A DNA stretch of 36,750 nucleotides, taken from NCBI GenBank assembly GCA_003990765.1, contig RBNJ01000202.1, positions 1 through 36,750 on the forward strand. The letters are read 5' to 3'. Below are positions 13,455-24,180 of the stretch, one piece after another. The position numbers and the translations under genes were made by a program. The first letter of the stretch is position 1. Each line of letters starts with the position of its first letter. The stretch is from Jimgerdemannia flammicorona. Lineage: Eukaryota. Under the pieces are notes generated by a model. That model was not told the DNA's origin and did no database searches. It saw nothing but the letters and a program-made list of their open reading frames with translations.

Positions 13455-15303
13455 TTAAAGCTCAGCTGGGACTACCACCACTTTCTCAGCCCTTCCTCTA
13501 ATGATCTCTCACTGGTCCTCGCAAATTGCCCTCCAGATTCAATCACCATTGGCACTGCTGCAGAAAAGGTCTACTCTTTCTGTTGCCACCTTCCTGATGT
13601 CAGCCATTCTGCTCATCATATCCTTCATCATCCAGAAGGGTGGCTACCATTGCTGTCACCAGCTTAGGCCCCTGCATCACTACATTGAGAAATCCTTCCC
13701 ATGTCTCCTGAGATCCATGAAACACATCCACTTCCTTGATATCTTCCTCTGCCAGCTCCTCAAGCACCACCTGATACCAGCTCTCTGCTGTCATCACCAG
13801 GGGCCCAGAAGTCGAAGGCCTGGGGGTCCTGCTCAGCTCCTATAGTTGCTCCCTGTCTGCTGACACATCAGAAGCCACATTTATAGCTCATCCTTCTCCA
13901 CAACTTTCTCCAAATGAATTACCTCACCAGCTTCTGGGCACTCTCAATGAACATTCACCACCCCAGCCATATGGGTGTCCTCCACCTGAGTCTCTGGCAC
14001 TACTTCAATATCAGCCTCAAAACCTCCTTCACTAACCTCCTCCTTATCCACCCACTTTCCTCTCACCAGCACATGTGCCGAGCTCTCTACACCACCCAGC
14101 TGGGAGAAGGACACCTCTGCCACCTCCACTCCTTCCATATGATTCTTGGCTGCCTCTACTCTTGCCTCCTCTTCCACTGCTGCCCCTTGAAGGGCTGCCT
14201 GCAGATGCTCCCAGTTCTCTTTCCTCTACCTCTTCCACTTGCCATCTGCCTGGATCCAGACCCAATCCTTGGCATACTCCTCCCACTTCCTCTTTCACAG
14301 CTCCTTGGCAGCCTCTCTCTCCTCCAGAGCAATTGCCAACTTGTCCTCCTCTGGTTCTGCTCTCTTTCTCCTCTACACCTTGCACTCTTGCCCCCCAATT
14401 CTAATTCCCTCAGGCCAATTGCGGCCCAGCCCAGTCACCTCCTTGCCTTCCAGTCACAGCATCACCTCACAGTTGCTATTCCTCAACTTGGTGCCCTCCC
14501 AGAACATGAACCCGAAGTCCACCATCTCACTATATCCACCCAGTGCCTCAACCACCATCTCCTTGGTCTCCTGTCTGCCCAGGGTTAGCAATCCTTCCAC
14601 CACCAGCCAAACAGCATGTGGATCTCACCTCAGACACCTTGCCATCCCAATCTGGACACCCTTGACTATCATCCCTTTCTCCAGTGCCTTCACCATTGCA
14701 TCCTCCTCCACAAATCCAATCTCTACAGCCTCTGCCGAAGGGATGAAATTCAGAGATTCTGACCCAGCCACTTTCTCTCCCACCAGTCTCAGAACCTCTC
14801 TCACTGACATTGCCAATCCCAGGAAGTTTGCTGAGATTGCCCACATCAATACCAATTTGTAGAAGAAGGGCCTCACCACCAACTTGCCTGTCCCAGTTGC
14901 CAGTATCACCTTTCTCTTGGTCTCTGAAACACCTGTAGTTGTCCCACCAGGCACAGCTGCACCACCAGCAGTCCTCTCCCCAGCCACCTGCCTAGCCACA
15001 GAAGAACCAGTCCCCATCAGACCCCTGTCTCCTGCCTGCCACCTGACCCATCACCTGACTCATCACCTGACCCCTCCTCCTGTCAACACTACATCCCCCC
15101 TGTCCCACCCCCATGGGCCTAGCTGCAGCCCTCCTATTTCCAACCACCATATACCAGGCCTCGATCCCACCAGTCCTCCCCTGCCCACCAGCCCCTCCTG
15201 CAGCCATACCAGCCCCTGCAGTAGCTGCAAAACTCTTGGGAATACCCAGACCAGGCCTCCTCCTCTCCAGATGCTTAGAGCTAGAGGAATCTTGACTAGC
15301 CAT
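13455..15303 (-). pseudogene. LINE-B ORF1, disrupted
   Basis: ORFs 14992-15303, 14625-15017 and 13600-13797 are collinear with LINE-A ORF1 (e.g. VAGSESLNFI vs VAGAASVKFL; LLDDEGY vs FLEEEGY). Confidence 0.8.
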
Positions 15304-15675
15304 ATCACCAAAACTTGATGGTTTTCCTTGAAACTTACTGTGCCTTGTAGGTAGACTCCTGCTGCATGATATATACCAGTATGTTCGAAATAAAAACTTG
15401 AAAACATGTTGTCTTTCACTGAAAGATGCCTGTGTGGCTTAGCTTACTCTGAGTGGTTCAAGCAAAAGAAGTCTGGGACTGGGAGGTTCTACAATTATTC
15501 TCTAATTGCATAGTGGGCCTGGAGTTGGTGGACCTGTAGCAATCATCTGGCCAGGACAAGATTCTCTTAATGAATCTGGATCTTCTAGAGAGTATTCCCA
15601 TTGACTTCTCAGAATTGGGGTAGGGGAACTGGCAGTGATTAAAATGAGCTGAGAACAAGAGTCTGGAGACAGTTG

Positions 15676-16700
15676 TCAACTCTCTGATTCATGATGTGGG
15701 GGAAGGTATAACTTGAGGCGATTGATATATACTGGTGTCTTCAGGGTTCATCCATCCATACTTCTTAAATAGATGTTGGTTCCTCTGATGTTATATACAA
15801 GATAAGGTCCTTCCCATTTGGGTTCCAATTTGGTAGCAAAATTTGTTTCAATCATGCTTCTCCAACTAGTACTTGATCTCCAATCTTGATCTCCTGGTCC
15901 TTCTGTTTCTAATTATAATACTTCTTTTGTCTTTCTTGGACTTTGATAATCTGACCTCAGGCTTGATTATGTAACTGTTCGCCTTTTTGAGGAGGTCTCT
16001 GAGATTCTCATAGTCAGCAGTTCTGGTTTTCTTAGCAAATATCATTTCAAATGACTTTTGTTTGGTGGAGACAGCAGGGGTGTTCCAAATTTCCCATAGG
16101 ATCTCAGGTACACAGAGGTCCCAATTGGTAGGATTGACTCAGACAAGTCCTTTCTTGATGGTCTGGTTCATTCTTTCTGTCATGCCATTGGTCTGAGGGT
16201 GGTATGATGTGGTCCATTTGAGGTAGATCTTGTGAATTTGGGAATAACTTATAATTATGTTGTTGATGAATTCTGTGCCTCAGTCAGAGATGAGTTCTTC
16301 TGGGAGTCCATATCTGAGTGTGAGTCTATGGAGAAGGCCTACAATGGTTAAGACATCTGCAATTTCCATTAGGAAAGCCTTGAGGCACTTGGTCAGATAT
16401 TCTACAAATACAAGAATATATTTGTTTCTTCTCAGTATAACTGGTAGGGGTCTAATTACATCTATTCTCCATCTCTGAAAGATATTGTCTGGTAGTGCAA
16501 TTGGTTGCAATGGTGCTTGATAGTTCTTCCTTCCTTGGTACTTTTGGCAGGTATCACATTTCTTAAGTATATTCTGGACTTATATTCTGAGGTTGGGCCA
16601 ATGTTGGTGTGTTGTTCACAGCTTCTCTTCTATATTCACCTGTCTCTGGTGGGCTTTCTGATATTCTTTTTGAATGAGATCTTCTTATGTCTTGATGGTT
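15676..16700 (-). pseudogene. Gypsy integrase (HHCC, D-D-E core, GPY/F), no chromodomain
   Basis: CDTCQ; FQRWRIDVI, YGLPEELISD*GTEF, YHPQTNGMTERMN; KLEPKWEGPY...INRLKLY then a stop at 15676. Confidence 0.93.
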
Positions 16701-16752
16701 TGAGGAGCTTCCTTTAGGGTATAGTTCCTTGAGACACCCTTCTTCTGATTTA

Positions 16753-17332
16753 TTAGGGCTGGCAGGAAAGTACATCAACATTGTTGTGAGCTTTCTCTGC
16801 TTTGTGGATGATGGTGATTTTGTAATCCTGATGGATAAGAATCCAGTGGGCTAGGATTCTGGTGGGTTCCTTGCAGTTGGATTTCATAGAATCCTGTGAA
16901 AAGGTCCATACTGCTGAAGTATTTGGTATCTTGTAACTGATCCAAAAGGTCATTGATTCTAGGCAAAGGATAGGCATTCTTTTTAGTAACTGAATTGAAT
17001 TTCCTGTAATCTACACAAAGTCTCCATCCTCCTTTCTTTGGTACAATAAGAATAGGGCTTGTCCAGGGGCTAGTAGAGGCTCAGATGACTCTATTGTCTA
17101 AGAGTTCTTAAATATGATCCTTTTCAAATATTTTCAAGTGATGGGATATTCTATAGGGTTTCTGCCAGATGAGTGTTGCATTCCCTGTATTTATGCTATA
17201 GTGATATAATAGATTGTATAGCAGATTGCCATAATCATTGGTGAAGATATCTTGATATTTGTTGAGAAGTTCTACTAGTTGTTGCTGTTGTTGAGGTGTC
17301 AATTCTTCTCTAATATTGGTGGAAGGCTTCAC
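16753..17332 (-). pseudogene. Gypsy RT N-terminal part fused to the RNase H C-terminal end (internal deletion)
   Basis: QKPYR, SPWTSPILIVPKKGGWRLCVDYRK, AYPLPRINDLL, FSSMDLFTGFYEI, then directly ILAHWIL...IIHKAEKAHNNVDVLS. Confidence 0.92.
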
Positions 17333-17736
17333 TGTTTCCTGGGTCGCAGAGGGGTCTTTCCTTTCTTCTAGGACCTTTTGCTGTTTTCTGATAGATTTAG
17401 TTCATAAACTTCCCTATGAGTTCAGTTGAGAAAAGGCACCAGGTGTCCTATGATGGTTCCTTTCAGCAAGATAATGATCTCTCAACTTTGGTTGGTTCCT
17501 TGGCAGTGCACTGGGTTCATCTTGTCAGAGAAGGTGTGTCCTTCTATATCCAGGTGCAATCTTCATTGGGTTTAAAGAAAAGATTTCTGGGGTTGGGTGG
17601 TGCAACGATTTTGAAGGTGGTTTGTTCTCCAGGCTCCAGAATGAGATTCTTGTGTAGTTTGACTGGTTGGCAGTATATTTGCTGGGGAATATTCCTCTTG
17701 AGGTAGTTGACTTGAAGGAGATGTACTTCCTTCTTG

Positions 17737-18090
17737 TCTGAGCTTCCAAATCCTCTGGCTTGTCTTGTTCCTTCAGTTAGTTTGGAAACTCCTTGTAATT
17801 GTGGGGTCTTAACCTTCATGAAGACTGCTTGGGCAATCTTCTGTCCTCTAATAATTCGGTGCCATTCTGTACTACTGTTGTATAGAATGACCTTGATTTC
17901 ACCTGTATATCCTGGGTCAATAGTTTCTCCTTCTATGGTTATTCCTTATCTGGCAAGTCCAGACCTTGAGGTCAGTTAGATGTGAGCTCCTTGGGGTGGC
18001 TGTATGGCTAGTCCAGTTCTGATTATATGTTTTTTCAGGCTTGATGGATTCATCCTCCAGACTGTGAAGATCATACCCTATATCTTCTGG
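17737..18090 (-). pseudogene. Trimeric dUTPase domain within pol
   Basis: All five motifs readable: IGYDL, TSRSGLA, TIDPGYTGEIKVIL, GQKIAQ, RQARGFGSSD; two stops and a frameshift. Confidence 0.93.
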
Positions 18091-19439
18091 GTGGGCTTTG
18101 GTTGGGAGTTTGGCCTTGGGGTGTAGCAGGGCATACTGTACAACATTCTTGCTGAGCTTGGGCTATCCTTGGGCTGAGGCTCTACTATCAGGGAGCCTCT
18201 AAGCTCTGAGGTTAAGGTGTGGCCATCTGGCTCCAGTGGAGGGGTCTTGGAGGTAGTTGATCCTCTTCTTCCTGTAGGGTCTAGGGCTTCCATGAAGTTG
18301 GTTGTATCTACTACCCATCCTTAGCAAGTTGCATGTCTGATGAGAGCTAGGATATCTTCTCCTAAATCATAGATCTTGAGAGTTCTTCTTCCTGGCTTCT
18401 TGGTCTTACTTTTTTAGATCTGACCTCTACTGTCTCCTCTCTTTAAAGTATAGATTGTAATATCATGACTGAGGTAAATCTTTTGATGTCTGCAGTCTCA
18501 GCAGTCAGGGTATCTTCCATGGTTGCAATATCCCATTACTCGAAAATGATATTTCCAGCTGTTTATCTCTTGTTGTCTTGGGAATTAGTATCCATCTTGA
18601 TCATAAGTTGGGAGAAGGGTAGACAAGGGGTATACTTCTGTCCAGGTGAAGAGGCCTTGTCCTCTGAATCGGCTTTGCAACTTAGTGGTAACTTCTTGAA
18701 AAGTAGTTGACTGTGCAACTGTTTTTGGGAGTTCTGGTCTCTAGGGTCTATGTCTCTCCTGTTGGTTTAGTAGATGGCACTGGTAGCAGTAGTCTCAGGG
18801 AGAGTAGAAGACCATTTGATGTGGACATCTTCCTAGCTGAAAAGCCTTTTCTTGGTGAGTTTCTTTCTTGGGAGTGATGATAATTATACTGAGTCCTTCT
18901 TCCACATTCCAAGAGTCATTGTCTTCAGGTGGTGTCCAGTGAGAGTCATCCCAGGGAATGAGTTTGTGGACTTCTTCCTCTTCAGGTACTTCTTGGTCAG
19001 GAACTTCTTTTTCCTCAGATGATTCTTGTCCCCAAATTGCTTGCACTTCTGCAGCTTTGGCTGCAGGTGTTTCTGGAGTATGTCTGCATTTCTTTTTCTT
19101 CTTTCTGCACTCTGAGCAGGCTGTGCCAGGCAATTTTCTTGTTCCCATGATCTTAGAGGAATGCTCAGGACACTTGTATCTCTTGAGGCATGTAGGGAAT
19201 CCTTTGATTTCTCTTGCAATGGCTCTAATAGTGATAGAGATAGTATTCTTGGCTCACATGTTGTCTTCTGGTCTATCATCTACTAGGTTAATTCAGGGAT
19301 TGAGTCTGGGATCATTTCCATCTTCAGATTCTTCTTCTTTCTCTATAGTAGACTCTTCACTGCTGGCATATTCTTCCTGAATAGTGACCTTCTTCTTCTT
19401 CTTTGATTGCTCATAGCTAGTCACCTTAACTCTGTACTT

Positions 19440-19770
19440 CTTGCCTCAGTAGTCAAACTTCAGTACTTGTTGACTGATGTCAACAACTGCATTCATTTCC
19501 TTCATCTAGTTGGTGGCAAGAATTATGTCATAGGTGACAGCTTCAGTGACAACAGCTTTGGGGATGGAAAACTGATTGTATTCCAGAGAAATGGTGATGT
19601 TTTTCACTTCTCCAAGGGGTTGAGTTTGGGCTCCATCTGCTACTATGATGCTGAGGTTGGATGGTCCATCAATGGGCCATTGGAGGGTGTCCAGGAATCA
19701 TTTAGCAATGATACAGGTAGTGGCTCCTGTGTCTATGAGGATTTTCGCCTTTTGTCCTCCAATATCTCCA
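19440..19770 (-). pseudogene. Gypsy aspartic protease
   Basis: LIDTGATTCII (DTG at 19725-19733); boundaries approximate. Confidence 0.88.
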
Positions 19771-20377
19771 TATAGGTAGGTGCTGACATGTCTTTCAGCT
19801 GCTTGAACAGGGATGGAAACTGGTTCTTGCTGTGGGATTGGAACTCAGCCAGTGCTAGACCTGGTGGTTCTCAGCAATTTGTTTCAGACTCTAGCTGGGG
19901 TCAGTTGCAGGAACTGCAGAAGAGGGACTTCCATCTTGGCCTCTTGAATCTTCTGCCAGGCTTTATTATAAATGTCTCTAGGCATGGTCTTCAGGGTGTA
20001 CTTCTTCTTGGGCTTTGAAGCAGCAGGTTCTCATTCCCTCTTGTTCCATTTCTTCATCCTCTGGTAGTAGCTCATTTGTTTTGGGGATAAAAGGTGAGAG
20101 GGTTTGGGGAGGTATTTCTACCTGCTCCTCTTCATGTTCTTCATATTCTTCTTGGATGATTCTTCTGCTGATATTCCTGGATGGCCTCCCTACAGGTCTC
20201 TTCCTTTTCTCTGCTGGATATACTGTTTTCCAAGTGATAACCTTCTAGGTCACTGTAGTCTTCACTATTGCTTGCTTCCTCGAAATCTTCAATAGGATGG
20301 GCTTCAGTCTTCTTGTCCTGAGTGTCATTCCTTCAGTTTGATGATTCTGAGTCCCTTTGGTCACTTTTTTTATTGTC

Positions 20378-21805
20378 ACATTCAGTAGCATAGTGTCCAA
20401 ATTGTCCACAGTGGAAGCATTGGACCTGGGCTCTATCTTGGATAGGATATCTTCTTTCTTCTTACTGGTAGTTTCTGTTATCTCTTAGTAGATAACCTTG
20501 GCTCCTCTGTGGTGGGTATCCTCTGTTGTCTTGGTAGCTTTGATTTTTATGTATGGTGAGTTTTTCAATCTGTCCAACCAATCAGTCCAACTTGGAGCTG
20601 AGGTCTTGGATTTCACTTCTGTTCTTCTTTCCATCTTTGGCTGGCCTTCTTTCTTTGGATCTTTCTTGTCCTTGAAGGAGTCCTTGTAGGGTTTTGACTA
20701 GGATATCTTCTTTATCTTCTTTCTTGTTATGATCACTCCAGGTAGTTTCTTGTCTGACATCAAAGAATCCTTGGGCTATATCTACTTGCTCTTCAGACCT
20801 TCTGATGCCTAGGGTGCAGACATGCTGGGCAATGTTTGGGGGAATTCTATTCATGAAGGTCATTGGATCTATGATGTCCTGGTTGGTGGCATTGAATCCA
20901 GCAGCATGCATTCTCTTCTAGATTCTTGTGAAGAAGGCTCTGGGTGATTCTCTGAGATTTATCTTCATCCTTATAATGGATTCTTGAGCCTTGTGATGGG
21001 TTTCATTTCCTGCATACTTTTCAATGAGCCAGTGGACCATGGCCACATATTCAAGCTCATCAGACATTGCTGCTTGTATCTGTCTTGCTAGTTCTGAATC
21101 TCAGTTATTTGCTATTCAATGGAAAATTCTTCTGGCTGGTTCTCTGAGCTGAGCCTTATAGATGGCAATTTTTCTTTCATCTGAGAGATTCCTTAGAGCT
21201 GCAATTCCTTCAATTCCATCAAGGAATTCTCTGGGATCTTTTTCTGGATATCCTGCAAAGGTTGGCAATGAGGTGGCCATTTCATCATCACTTTCTTCTG
21301 ATTCTGGTTCTGGTTCAGATTCTGATTCTGATTCACTTTCTGAGCTGTCACTGGAGATGAGGGTGCTTGGGTATCCTGAGGATAGTGTTCTGGATCTTGG
21401 ATGAAGTGGAATGAGCCTAGGTATTCTTATAGGAGCTACTTCCAACTCTGCAAGGGCTTGGGGTAAAGGTTCTATTAGTGAGATTAATAGGACTGGTATG
21501 GGGTGTCTGGCTGTAAGATCTCTGGCTTGTATAATAAGATCTTCTAGTTCTTATACAAGTTCTTCAAAATCTCCAATAGGGTTGCCTGTATTGTCTGATT
21601 GATCTGGTTTGAGATTTCAGGCTGTACTGCCTTCTGCTTCTGGTTGGGATCCTTCTGATGCTAGATAGTTGGCAAGTCTTGATGTGATTACTTCTCTTCC
21701 TGTCCAGATGTTGGTAATAACTGGTTCTCCTGTAGTAGCAGAGATTGGTGTTGTATCAAATATATCTAGTTTGACTGTGGGTTCTTATGAGCTAAAAAGT
21801 CACAT
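20378..21805 (-). pseudogene. Gypsy gag with long N-terminal extension and CCHC knuckle
   Basis: The ATG at 21805 is in frame with LPTFAGYPEKDPREFL (capsid start) and CFHCGQFGHYATEC (20378-20419); the in-frame stops I read are transition-type. Confidence 0.88.
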
Positions 21806-21817
21806 TGATTTGAAATC

Positions 21818-21835
21818 TTCCCAGTTGAGCCCCCA
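21818..21835 (-). promoter_or_regulatory. Primer-binding site, tRNA-Pro type
   Basis: TGGGGGCTCAACTGGGAA, 2 nt from the 5' LTR. Restoring two CpGs gives TGGGGGCTCGACCGGGAA, close to the MLV tRNA-Pro PBS TGGGGGCTCGTCCGGGAT. Confidence 0.8.
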
Positions 21836-21837
21836 AA

Positions 21838-23322
21838 TATAATGTGCCTGGCTCAATGGAGGCAAATTACAAGGTTGGAGAGTTGATGTAGTTTGGCTTG
21901 AGCCCCCAGTTACTTTGTCAAAAAGCAACAAAATGTTCTATAATTCCTGATGTCCTTGGTGTTTAGTGGTATAATAGTCAAAGTTGGATATCTGTGAGTG
22001 ATTTCCTTATTGGGACAGTTCTCTGGGTATAGCAGCGATTTGTGTGTGAATGGACTTCCTTCTTGGGTCAACTGGGAATTGGTAGAAATTTGTATGTAGC
22101 ATGACAATCTTCCTTATGTATAATGGTCTGGCAATTTAATGGTTTCCTTCTTGAGCAGTGGAAATCTCTAAAAGTATGTAATTTCTGCATGACAATCTTT
22201 TGTATAGTGGGACAATCTTTGTGTAGTATGGGTTCCTTATGCTGAGTGATCTGGTAATTTGGCAGATAACTCAATTTGGTACAGATTCTCCAAAAGTAGT
22301 GGGCTTCTTAAATGTTGCAGATTCTTCTTACTGGGAATTATACTAGCAGTAGATAATTTAATAACTCAGACTTACTGGGAATAACAAATAACTCAGATGG
22401 CATGGATAATTCAGATAACTTAGAGGTTGCAGATTCTTCCTGAATCAGCAGCTTCAACTGGAAATGTTGATAACTTGAAAATGGTAGATGATGTGGATTC
22501 TCCTGAATTGGCAGGCTTCTGGGAAATAACTCAGATGGCACAGATTCTTCCTGAATCAGTGGCTTCAACTAAGAATACTACTCAGATGGTACAGATTCTT
22601 TCTGAATCAATGGGCTCTTCTGGGAATGCAATAGTACAGATTCTTCCTAAATTTGCAGCTTAAACTGGGAAATATACTGGTGGCTTCTTGGAAAGGGTCT
22701 CTTGACAAAGTTGCATCAAAGACTGGCTTTGTTTGTTCAAATGGATCACTGTGAAGTTGCATCAGAAACTGACTTGAGCAAGACAGCTTTCTATTAGGTG
22801 GCAGAAACTTGAGTTCTTCAGGCTTAGTCTGGCAAGCATACTAATAATTCCAAAGGTGGCAAAGTTCTTCCTTGAACTTGGTGGCAAAATCTTCAAGCTT
22901 TGTATTAGAAAGTGGACTGGAGTGGAAAATGGGACCAATGCTCACAATCTCCTAACAGTGGCTGTAGAATTCCTCTCAAAGTATGGTAAGCAGACTTAAC
23001 TTTTGCTTTTGGATTCAATTTCAGACTGAGGTTTATTCACTCTTGTCTTTGGGGTAATTTATACAAGTTGGTTGCCTTCTGGTTACTATGTTGCTAATTA
23101 TAAATTACTATTTATTGTAAGTGTACAGGTTTTGCACAGATGTATAGATCTTACATAGATGTGTAGATCTTACACAGGTATGTAGATCTTACACAGGTAT
23201 ACCTCATCTGGTAGTCTGGCTATTTATACAGCTTTCCACAGCAATGGTTGCTGGTTACTATGCTATGTGTTCATGTCATCTGGCTAAGTTATAATTTGGG
23301 TGGCATGTTCTGATTTATCACA
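21838..23322 (-). repeat. 5' LTR (1485 bp)
   Basis: Homologous to 7944-9392; has an extra 18 bp block and an extra 20 bp tgtagatcttacacagg unit. Confidence 0.95.
23032..23063 (-). promoter_or_regulatory. Putative LTR TATA box and AATAAA signal (also at 9121-9152)
   Basis: Minus strand TATAAAT followed about 20 nt later by AATAAA, present in both LTRs. Confidence 0.5.
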
Positions 23323-23348
23323 ATATATATAGCTATAATAAGCTAAAA

Positions 23349-24180
23349 TCAAGATACTAAGCTCTACTAAGATTTCAGATAATATATATTAAAATAGTCT
23401 TAGCTTTAAGAGAGCATCTTCTTGATATAATAAACTCTTTACCACTAGAAAACACTCTTTTAACTAGTATACTTATTGTAGAAATAGCTAGATAATCTCA
23501 GGCCATATTGCTTAAATTAGAAAAGTCTATTTAATATTTCTATAATTTTAAAATATAATGGATTTTAGAGCTAAAAACTTGAGATATTTAATAATACTAA
23601 TTATTCTTATCTTTTACCAATCTAATGTACTAATATTCTCCAATAAGATCACTTGATCAGTAGACAGATGTATTGTAAGCTTATTTATTAAAGATTTTTT
23701 TTTTTTTTTTTTTTTTTTACTATAAAGATACTATATAATAGAATTGTTTGCATAGTTATCTAAACTATAGTCAGAGCCTGATAGAGATATATATTTTTTC
23801 TAATATATACTGGTAATTGATTGCTCTGTCTCCTCAATAAATTTCTTTTTTCAGTCTTAATATTTGTAATATTGAAGCTTTAATTATAGATCTAAAACTA
23901 AACAGATATTAATATAATCAAAATAATGAAAATTCTTATTTTAATTTATAGAAAGTAATACTTTACTCATCTGTACTAACAGAAAATACAGAAGTATCTC
24001 TTTTTGAATAATATTTTTTAAGTTTTTTCAGAGCTACTTTAATATCTTTCTTCTGTCTTGAGAGAGATATATTCTAATTCTTCAATAAGGCTAGTAGGTC
24101 TTTAAGTTGATTCATTAAGAGATAGTATGCTAAAATTGTAGAATATATATTATGGAAACTTTTGCTAAAAAACTTCTTTT
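23349..24180 (-). pseudogene. hAT transposase C-terminal relic with a probable intron
   Basis: KKLKKYYS..ST / VLD[P][R]LKLQYY split by an AT-rich intron-like gap. The dimerisation motif F[P]NLSNMA[R]DYLAI...RVFSSGKEFIISRRCSLKAKTI lies at ~23395-23525. Confidence 0.85.

Larger units (their letters stand above)
9751..15471 (-). mobile_element. LINE-B: full-length L1/Tx1-clade element nested in the gypsy 3' region
   Basis: Exact 19 bp TSD tctgggactgggaggttct at 9732-9750 and 15472-15490; poly(A) tail (T tract 9751-9781); ORF1 ATG at 15303; ORF2 motifs. Confidence 0.96.
7944..23322 (-). mobile_element. Ty3/gypsy LTR retrotransposon with dUTPase, non-functional, interrupted by LINE-B
   Basis: Two homologous LTRs. 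ATAT on both flanks (7940-7943, 23323-23326). PBS and PPT in minus orientation. Domain order gag-PR-(insert)-dUTPase-RT-RH-IN. Confidence 0.95.

Noticed and set aside
284..15318. Numerous plus-strand Pro/Ser/His/Leu-rich ORFs
   Set aside because: They are antisense shadows of the G-rich LINE coding strands and carry no motifs.
20360..20375. A-run after the gag knuckle as a programmed -1 frameshift site
   Set aside because: Several indels downstream make the gag-pol frame relationship unreadable.
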